A DNA stretch of 60,083 nucleotides. Origin: a virus. Lineage: Duplodnaviria > Caudoviricetes. The first letter of the stretch is position 1, and the number at the start of each line of letters is the position of its first letter. Location of the stretch: positions 1 to 60,083 of IMG/VR virus record IMGVR_UViG_3300004806_000027, one strand, 5' to 3'. Both the position numbers and the translations under genes were made by a program. Of the stretch, positions 53,885 to 60,083 are shown one piece after another. The notes beneath the pieces were generated by a model. It had not been told where the DNA came from. It did not search any database and worked only from the letters and a program-made list of their open reading frames with translations.

Positions 53885-54664
53885 ATGCGCTTGTCCGCCG
53901 TGTTTAAAATTCTGGTCTTTGTTGTACTGGGACTGATTGCGGACCCGGTATTTTCGACCGTTTCAACCACGTCAAGTTCGACCACGGCGCAAGGAAATGG
54001 GGTTACAACCTCGTTCACCTATAATTTCCCCATGGTGTCGGCTGGGGATGCGGTCATCACAGTATTAAATACCAATGTCACTCCCAACACTTTGACCACA
54101 TTAACGCCAAGCCAATACACCCTGACAGGGGTTGGAAGCATTGGCGGGACGGTCACTTATCCCTTAACCGGATCGCCATTATCGGCGGGATATTACATCA
54201 CGATTTCGCGTGTGGTTCCTTTGGTTCAAACGGTGTCGATTTCCAACCAGGGGCCGACATTTAAGGCGATTGAGGGCGGGTTAGATTACCTAACCTATAT
54301 CACTCAACAGCTTCAAAGCCAGATTAATTCACTATCCGTGTCCACCACAACGTCAACGGCCAATGTGGGGCGCCAAATCACATCTGGGTCAACGGATACC
54401 GCAATTCCGTCTCTAAGCACGATTGCTTGGAAAAGTGCCACGGCTTCAAACAAGACCGAAAATCTTTACCAATGCACGTCCACTTATATCTGGAACAAAA
54501 TTACCGTTACTGACGAAATTGGCACGGCTCAAACCTACAATATCGCTGTGACGCCTTATTCCGGGGACACCATTTTAGGGTCCACGTCCGCTTTTAACCT
54601 TCGATCCAATTTTGCCAGTGCAACGCTGCAATGCGATGGCGCGGGCAATTGGTTTGTTCAATAG
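53885..54664 (+). CDS. Tail-fibre adaptor (T7 gp17 N-terminal-like domain) preceded by a signal peptide
   Basis: TVSTT..GNGVTTSFTYNFP..Y...GGTVTY..TISRVVP..Q..IEGGLDYLT..QQL domain; N-terminal MRLSAVFKILVFVVLGLIADPVFS|. Confidence 0.88.
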   Translation: MRLSAVFKILVFVVLGLIADPVFSTVSTTSSSTTAQGNGVTTSFTYNFPMVSAGDAVITVLNTNVTPNTLTTLTPSQYTLTGVGSIGGTVTYPLTGSPLSAGYYITISRVVPLVQTVSISNQGPTFKAIEGGLDYLTYITQQLQSQINSLSVSTTTSTANVGRQITSGSTDTAIPSLSTIAWKSATASNKTENLYQCTSTYIWNKITVTDEIGTAQTYNIAVTPYSGDTILGSTSAFNLRSNFASATLQCDGAGNWFVQ

Positions 54665-54671
54665 GTGGTTT

Positions 54672-57023
54672 ATGAGTTCAAATATTCAATCGCCTAATGT
54701 CTTTGTCTATGCCGGGAATCCAAACGGGCATGTTGCCGGGCAGCAAGGTGTTGCCGGGGGTGTACCGCCCGATTTCTGCTATGACGTGACCAATCGGGCT
54801 TATTATGCATGTGTCACCACGGGAACCACGACAAGCGCGGGCTGGGTCGCGGTATCTGGGGCTGGGGTCAATTCGGTTGGCCTATTTTTGCCCACGGCTT
54901 TATTTGGTATTACCGGATCGCCCGTCACCACGTTTGGCACTTTAAGCGCGTCGTTTATTTCGGTGTCCAGCCAAACATTTTTGGCGGGGCCGGGGAATGC
55001 GTCCACGGGTGTCACCGCGTCTCCGACATTTCGGAACATTCAAGATCAGGATTTGCCGCGCAATCTTGCGTATTATGGCGGTATTTCGACTTATGGGTAT
55101 GACAATACGGTTGCGGTCACAACGGCGATTGGCGCCAATACAAATGGCAGCATTTATGTTCCCGTTGGGCTTTATACCACAACCATAACCGCGTCATCGG
55201 ATGGCGGAAGCTCGACGGGTGGTGCGACATATCAGACTTGGCCGAAATTAACGGCAAATTTCTATGGTCAAGGGCAAGTTGCGTCTTTGGCGTTGGATGG
55301 CTCGCAATCCAAGCGCGGCAAATTTTATTCAATGGTCACAATGCAACCGGACCTGACTAATTTTGCTTTGGCCGATAATACCAAATATTTTAACGGGGAT
55401 TGGTCGCGCCAGAATTTTTCCATTGAACATTATGTCACCGGCCTAAACACGCTGGGGGGGTATTCAACCGGTATTTATTACATGCCGCAAACCTTTCCCT
55501 TTGCTTTGTTTATGCGGAACTATTCGGGCTGGAATAGCAGCACGGATTATACCGTTTTTGGCAATCCGTTGACGCAACGGACAAGCGCCGTTGGCATGCA
55601 ATTAAATGTCTATCAGGACAATAAGGGCGATTGCGCCGCGTTGAATGTCAATGTTGGCATTTCGGCATTGGCCAAGCCCACAATTACGTCCGGCGATGCG
55701 ACTTATGGGTTTGCAACGTGTCCTGCCGTTTCAATCATGAACGGCGGGGCCACGTCTTACAAAGATGGCACGTATCTAAACCCGTTTGAATTTGATTACA
55801 CCAATCTTTCTGGCACCACATCTTATGACGTGGCATGTATCGGTTGGTTTCATAGCATGCTGCGAGCCGGGTCCAGCACGTCGCAATCCACTTTCTACAG
55901 CGGAACCACGACGACTGTTGGTTACGGCAATACGTGGATTGGCTGGCTGATGGATTCCAGCGGAACCAATGTTATTGGCGGGTCTACTGTAAAATTTCCG
56001 GTGGACGCGGGCATTTCGTTTAAAGGTCTGTCCGGGTATCGCGCGGCAATCGACTTGACCCAAGCGCACCGATATAATCCTGGCACCAGTGCATCGATTG
56101 TTTTGGCCGATTCCGCTCGCATTTATTTAAACGGATCATATGGGGCGGGTAAAGCGTTTCCAGATTCCACAATGAATCCGGGGACGGCTTATATTCAATG
56201 CGTGTCTGGTCAAGTGGGCATTTTGAGCGGCGGAACGTCCAGTGCTTATATTAACATTGACGGCACGGGCGTTCTGGCTGGTTTGACGTTAAATGGACGC
56301 GCCACATTTACCGGGGGCGGTGGTTATGCGGCTGTGTTTGGCGGTCATTTGGCTGGGTTATCTGACAATGCTTACACATGCGGCACGGCGGCGGGCCGGT
56401 GGTCTGCGGTGTGGGCTGTCAATGGCACCATTCAAACATCTGATCCAAGTTTAAAAACCGATATTGAGCCGGTTTCGGATGTGTTGCCCATCATTAAATC
56501 CCTTGAACCAAAGACGTTTAAGTGGATTGCCGGTGGACGGGATGAAATTGAAGTTGAAGAAGATCAACTTGTTCACGAAAGCGAAGTGTCTGAGGGCGTT
56601 GTTCACGATATTCAAATTGTGGACGGCAAGCCGGTTGCGTTTGACCGGATCGTTAAAACGGAAACTGGCGTTTATGACTTGATGCCGGTGGTTGATGCCG
56701 ATGGCAATCCGGTCATGGAATTTGTGCCGGGCAAAAAAGGCGAGCCGGGACAATTGCAGCAAAAAATGCACCCTGTCCCGCGCATGATCGCAAAAAAGGT
56801 CAAAGTTAAAAAATTTGTGGATCGTCCTGGCAAGCGGACCCATTGGGGTTTCTTGGCTACCGAAGTGCGCGATGCGTTTGCCGCCACGGGCAAAGATTTT
56901 GCCGGATATGTGCAAGACGAAGATGGCACACATCATTTGAGGCCGGATCAATTAATTCCGGTGTTGTGGCAAGCGGTGCGTGAACTCACTGCCCGGCTTG
57001 AAGAATTGGAGGCCAAAAAATGA
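54672..57023 (+). CDS. Tail spike/fibre with C-terminal S74 intramolecular chaperone
   Basis: GTIQT-SD.SLK cleavage site, HWGFLATEV, LRPDQLIPVLWQAVRELTARLEELE; no signal peptide. Confidence 0.9.
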   Translation: MSSNIQSPNVFVYAGNPNGHVAGQQGVAGGVPPDFCYDVTNRAYYACVTTGTTTSAGWVAVSGAGVNSVGLFLPTALFGITGSPVTTFGTLSASFISVSSQTFLAGPGNASTGVTASPTFRNIQDQDLPRNLAYYGGISTYGYDNTVAVTTAIGANTNGSIYVPVGLYTTTITASSDGGSSTGGATYQTWPKLTANFYGQGQVASLALDGSQSKRGKFYSMVTMQPDLTNFALADNTKYFNGDWSRQNFSIEHYVTGLNTLGGYSTGIYYMPQTFPFALFMRNYSGWNSSTDYTVFGNPLTQRTSAVGMQLNVYQDNKGDCAALNVNVGISALAKPTITSGDATYGFATCPAVSIMNGGATSYKDGTYLNPFEFDYTNLSGTTSYDVACIGWFHSMLRAGSSTSQSTFYSGTTTTVGYGNTWIGWLMDSSGTNVIGGSTVKFPVDAGISFKGLSGYRAAIDLTQAHRYNPGTSASIVLADSARIYLNGSYGAGKAFPDSTMNPGTAYIQCVSGQVGILSGGTSSAYINIDGTGVLAGLTLNGRATFTGGGGYAAVFGGHLAGLSDNAYTCGTAAGRWSAVWAVNGTIQTSDPSLKTDIEPVSDVLPIIKSLEPKTFKWIAGGRDEIEVEEDQLVHESEVSEGVVHDIQIVDGKPVAFDRIVKTETGVYDLMPVVDADGNPVMEFVPGKKGEPGQLQQKMHPVPRMIAKKVKVKKFVDRPGKRTHWGFLATEVRDAFAATGKDFAGYVQDEDGTHHLRPDQLIPVLWQAVRELTARLEELEAKK

Positions 57024-57415
57024 AATGGTTAATTGTCGTTTTTTGGCTTTTGGTATCACCGGCTTTTGCCCAAACTGCGGCAAGCGTTGTTCCAAGTAAG
57101 ATTTCAACGGTTGGATGCCCTGGCAGTCAACCAAGCTGCACGGTGTCCACGGCATTTGTAACGCCATTGGGGTATCAGCAAATCACCTCATTGTCTGGGG
57201 CAACGTTTTTGACCGTGCCGACCGGGGCGACATTGGCTGTTATCGTGGTTGAAACACAATCTGTTCGGTGGCGCGATGATGGTGTGGCACCAACTGCATC
57301 TGTTGGCATGCTGGTCGCGGCGGGTTCTGCTTTGTCTTACACGGGCAATCTGGCTTCGTTGCAGTTTATTCAAACGACTGCAAGCGCCACTATCAACGTG
57401 AGCTATTACAAATGA
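57020..57415 (+). CDS. Small beta-sandwich tail-associated protein with signal peptide
   Basis: MKWLIVVFWLLVSPAFA|Q; VRWRDDGVAPTASVG...NVSYYK. Confidence 0.8.
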   Translation: MKWLIVVFWLLVSPAFAQTAASVVPSKISTVGCPGSQPSCTVSTAFVTPLGYQQITSLSGATFLTVPTGATLAVIVVETQSVRWRDDGVAPTASVGMLVAAGSALSYTGNLASLQFIQTTASATINVSYYK

Positions 57416-58902
57416 TGAAGCGGCTTGCTATTGTTTTATTTGGCTTGATTGTTTGCGTTCCCGCAATTGCTCAGCAATTGGGAAATAGTGGAATTGTGAT
57501 TTCGTCGGGGGCGTCAAGTGGTGGCAGCGGATCGGGTACGGTTACGTCTGTGACGTGTTCGACCAATGGCGGCTTAACCTGTACGGCCAATCCGATCACC
57601 ACAAGCGGATCAATTGCGCTGGGAACCAATGTGGGTGTGCCGGGATATACAAGTTCTGGCGCAACGGCGTTTCAATTTACCGGAAACGCCAATAATTTCT
57701 ATCAATTGAGCCTTCAAAATACCAATAGCGGATCAAGTGCCTCATCTGACTTTGTTGTAACGGCGGACGATGGCAATGATTCAACGCATTATGCGGATTT
57801 TGGCATAAATAATAGTGCTGGGGCCGCAGCTCCGTTTACAGCTGCTCATGCGGCTTATACTTATACTACAGATGGTGAATTTGACATTGGTGCGCTTGGA
57901 ACCGGGGGCGTTATCAATTTTTATTCCGGTGGGGGGACTGTTTCGCCAACAAGCGTTGGCAGCATAACGTCAACCGGTTTGAATAGCATGGCGGTGGGCG
58001 TCACAACGGCCAGCACGGGCAAATTTACCACTCTGCAAGCAACGTCCACGATTACATTCCCGTCAAATAGTCTGACTTTGGCAAATTTGCCGCAAATTAC
58101 GGCTAACACGATTTTGGGGAATAACACCGGGTCAACGGCTAACATTGCGTCTTTTGCCATTCCATCTTGCTCGGCTGCGACCAGTGCGCTGACTTGGACC
58201 ACAAGTACGGGGTTTGGCTGCAATACTATTTCGGGCGGATCGGGTACGGTCAATTCCGGTACGTCCGGGCAATTGAGTTATTACGCCTCAACCACAAATG
58301 CCGTGTCTGGTAATGCCAATGCAACGATTTCCAATGGTGCTTTGACTTTGGGTCAATCAACGGGGCCGGTTGGCGGATCGTTGATAATGCAAGGTGCCAC
58401 AAGTGGCGCCACAACGATTGTTCCCACAGCGGTGGCCGGATCAACCACGGCAACCTTACCAGCTAATACCGGAACCATTGCCGAATTGAATTTGGCGCAA
58501 ACTTGGACGGCGGTTCAAACGTATAACAATTCAACAATAAAGATTTTGGGGTCATCGACGGGCGCTAATACATTGACCATGGCAAACGCCGGAGCGTCCA
58601 ATTTTACAACAACAATTCCAGCTGTGAATGGCACGGTAATCACTTCTGGGGATACCGCAACGGTCACTTTACCGATGCACGCTACACAATCAGCAAATAC
58701 GGTGGTGGCAAACGTCACCGCTTCAACCGCAAGCCCAACTGCTGCAACCTTACCATCATGTACGGATACGGGTGGCAATCATTTAAATTACACAAATGGC
58801 ACCGGTTTTTCTTGCGGAACATCATCTAGCGGAACAACGGCGGCTTACATTCAAGCTGCGTCTGTGTCCGTGCTTATGGGGTCTTTTGGAGGCATAAAAT
58901 GA
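57412..58902 (+). CDS. Ser/Thr/Gly-rich fibre-like protein with signal peptide and three Cys pairs
   Basis: MMKRLAIVLFGLIVCVPAIA|Q; GSGTV repeats; STGKFTTL; duplicated ANT...PSC..C unit. Confidence 0.85.
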   Translation: MMKRLAIVLFGLIVCVPAIAQQLGNSGIVISSGASSGGSGSGTVTSVTCSTNGGLTCTANPITTSGSIALGTNVGVPGYTSSGATAFQFTGNANNFYQLSLQNTNSGSSASSDFVVTADDGNDSTHYADFGINNSAGAAAPFTAAHAAYTYTTDGEFDIGALGTGGVINFYSGGGTVSPTSVGSITSTGLNSMAVGVTTASTGKFTTLQATSTITFPSNSLTLANLPQITANTILGNNTGSTANIASFAIPSCSAATSALTWTTSTGFGCNTISGGSGTVNSGTSGQLSYYASTTNAVSGNANATISNGALTLGQSTGPVGGSLIMQGATSGATTIVPTAVAGSTTATLPANTGTIAELNLAQTWTAVQTYNNSTIKILGSSTGANTLTMANAGASNFTTTIPAVNGTVITSGDTATVTLPMHATQSANTVVANVTASTASPTAATLPSCTDTGGNHLNYTNGTGFSCGTSSSGTTAAYIQAASVSVLMGSFGGIK

Positions 58903-59381
58903 ACGCGCGTCAATTTTATTGTAGTTCGGCCCTTGTATTATCACTTGTGGGCATTGCAAGCGGGGTCAATGCAGCAACGACGCCCAATAGCGTTGTAACC
59001 GTTCAAACGCCTACGTTGGGCCTTGTGCAATCCAATGCGGCTAACAATGTGACGATTTACACGGCTGGGGCCAATGGGTCGGCGTGTTTTTCGTTGACAG
59101 CGGCAAATACTTGTACGTCCACGGCTTACAATGTGCAGGTTTTTGTGACCCGATCAGCGGTCAATTATTATCAAACAACGGTTGCTATCCCGGCTGGTGC
59201 CGGTGCGGTTTCGACTGCGCTTAATGTCAATATGTTCAATTCTGCAACTTGGCAGGGTTTGCCATTGGACAATTATGGAAATCCATATTTGTTTTTGAAA
59301 AGCGGCGATACGTTGACGGCGACTCCGACCGTTTCCACGTCAACCTATATCAATCTGACCTCTGTTTGCGGTGATTTCTAA
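58899..59381 (+). CDS. Beta-sandwich tail-tip-like protein with signal peptide
   Basis: ...LVLSLVGIASGVNA|A; IYTAGANGS...YLFLKSGDTL...GDF. Confidence 0.8.
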   Translation: MNARQFYCSSALVLSLVGIASGVNAATTPNSVVTVQTPTLGLVQSNAANNVTIYTAGANGSACFSLTAANTCTSTAYNVQVFVTRSAVNYYQTTVAIPAGAGAVSTALNVNMFNSATWQGLPLDNYGNPYLFLKSGDTLTATPTVSTSTYINLTSVCGDF

Positions 59382-59382
59382 A

Positions 59383-60083
59383 ATGCTTAAGAATCTTCGC
59401 TTTGGATTAATTGCGCTTTTATTCGCAATTGGTCAGTTAGGCTTTGCGGTTGCAACGCCGTTGAATGTTGCGCCTGGGGCGGGTCCCGCTGCTGGCAAAG
59501 CATTTATTGGCCTAAGCGGTCTTAATTATCAAGTTGCCTACACGGCAAGCGGGACATTTAATCCGGTCACGCAAGGCAAAGGGTATGGCGTTTATTACGT
59601 TTTACTTGTTGGCGGGGGTGCTGCTGGCAATGGCACCCCTGCAAGTGGAACAGAGGGCGGCGGCGGCGGTGGTGCTGGTGGCGTTGAATTTTTCCCCGTC
59701 TACATTGGGTCTAGTGCAACCATAACAATTGGCGCTGCTGGCGCTGCTGCAAGTGGTGCAATTGGCGGTAATGGCACAGCTACCACGTTAGTTGTTGGTG
59801 GTGTCACTTACTCAGCCGGTGGTGGCCTTAATAAAGCGCTTGTTTATCCAGGGGGCATGTCTGGTGGCGGTGGCCCAGGTGGTATTTATAGCGGCACGAC
59901 AGCTGCGGACGGGGGTTATCCGGGCGGGGGTGGCTGCGGTCAGCGCAATTTAGGCACAGTCTATCAAGGCGGTTATGGTGCAGCCTCATTATTTTCAAGT
60001 TCATCTTTGGGGGGATCGGGCGCAGCTTCCGGCACGGCTGGTGGTGGTGGTGGTGGTGGGTACTTAGGCAAAGGTGGCGATGG
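59383..60083 (+). CDS. Glycine-rich tail-associated protein, N-terminal part, with signal peptide (not in track; completes at 451)
   Basis: Hand translation MLKNLRFGLIALLFAIGQLGFAVA|TPLNV...YTASGTF...VLLVGGGAAG...GGGGGGAGG; open to the window end. Confidence 0.88.
   Translation, partial: MLKNLRFGLIALLFAIGQLGFAVATPLNVAPGAGPAAGKAFIGLSGLNYQVAYTASGTFNPVTQGKGYGVYYVLLVGGGAAGNGTPASGTEGGGGGGAGGVEFFPVYIGSSATITIGAAGAAASGAIGGNGTATTLVVGGVTYSAGGGLNKALVYPGGMSGGGGPGGIYSGTTAADGGYPGGGGCGQRNLGTVYQGGYGAASLFSSSSLGGSGAASGTAGGGGGGGYLGKGGD
59772..60083 (+). repeat. Terminal overlap, copy 2
   Basis: Matches 1-315 with a divergent central patch. Confidence 0.95.

Noticed and set aside
28559-59381. Numerous 60-180 aa antisense and alternate-frame ORFs within structural genes
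   Set aside because: No recognisable motifs or RBS; they are shadows of long, well-supported + strand genes.
59772-60083. Diversity-generating retroelement TR/VR pair (BPP-1-like virion genes made this tempting)
   Set aside because: No reverse transcriptase or Avd-like ORF was recognised, and the differences are mostly synonymous third-position changes rather than adenine-specific.

Overview
The window is essentially one complete, circularly permuted temperate phage genome of about 59.8 kb; positions 1-315 re-read 59772-60083. It has a BPP-1/epsilon15-type podovirus virion module: P22-like terminase, T7-like portal, scaffold, HK97-fold capsid, tail tubular A/B, ejection proteins and fibres. 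Control and replication are lambdoid: cI/cro with ATAG-N6-CTAT operators, RecE-like exonuclease/Sak4/SSB and a YdaU-type initiator with iterons. A tyrosine integrase sits beside an intact attP whose core is the 3' half of a tRNA-Lys(TTT). GcrA and GapR homologues point to an alphaproteobacterial host. The most unusual signals are: (1) five of six tail-fibre-region genes, including the T7 gp17-like adaptor, begin with Sec-type signal peptides and most carry paired cysteines, suggesting tail parts that are exported and matured outside the cytoplasm; (2) two divergent arrays of tiny ORFs, each with its own conserved junction motif, flank a serine recombinase whose catalytic Ser codon reads Phe; (3) four small basic proteins share the scaffold's C-terminal S-K/R-A-x-R-R-Y motif, a possible capsid-loading tag; (4) a dual-frame C5 methyltransferase has five tandem modules in its nested subunit; (5) a TGCGTCGGGT motif precedes the late modules, starting just after a gcrA-like gene; (6) terL is split by a free-standing HNH gene; (7) the two copies of the terminal overlap carry different alleles of a tail gene. 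All calls come from motif recognition by eye; no database searches were run.
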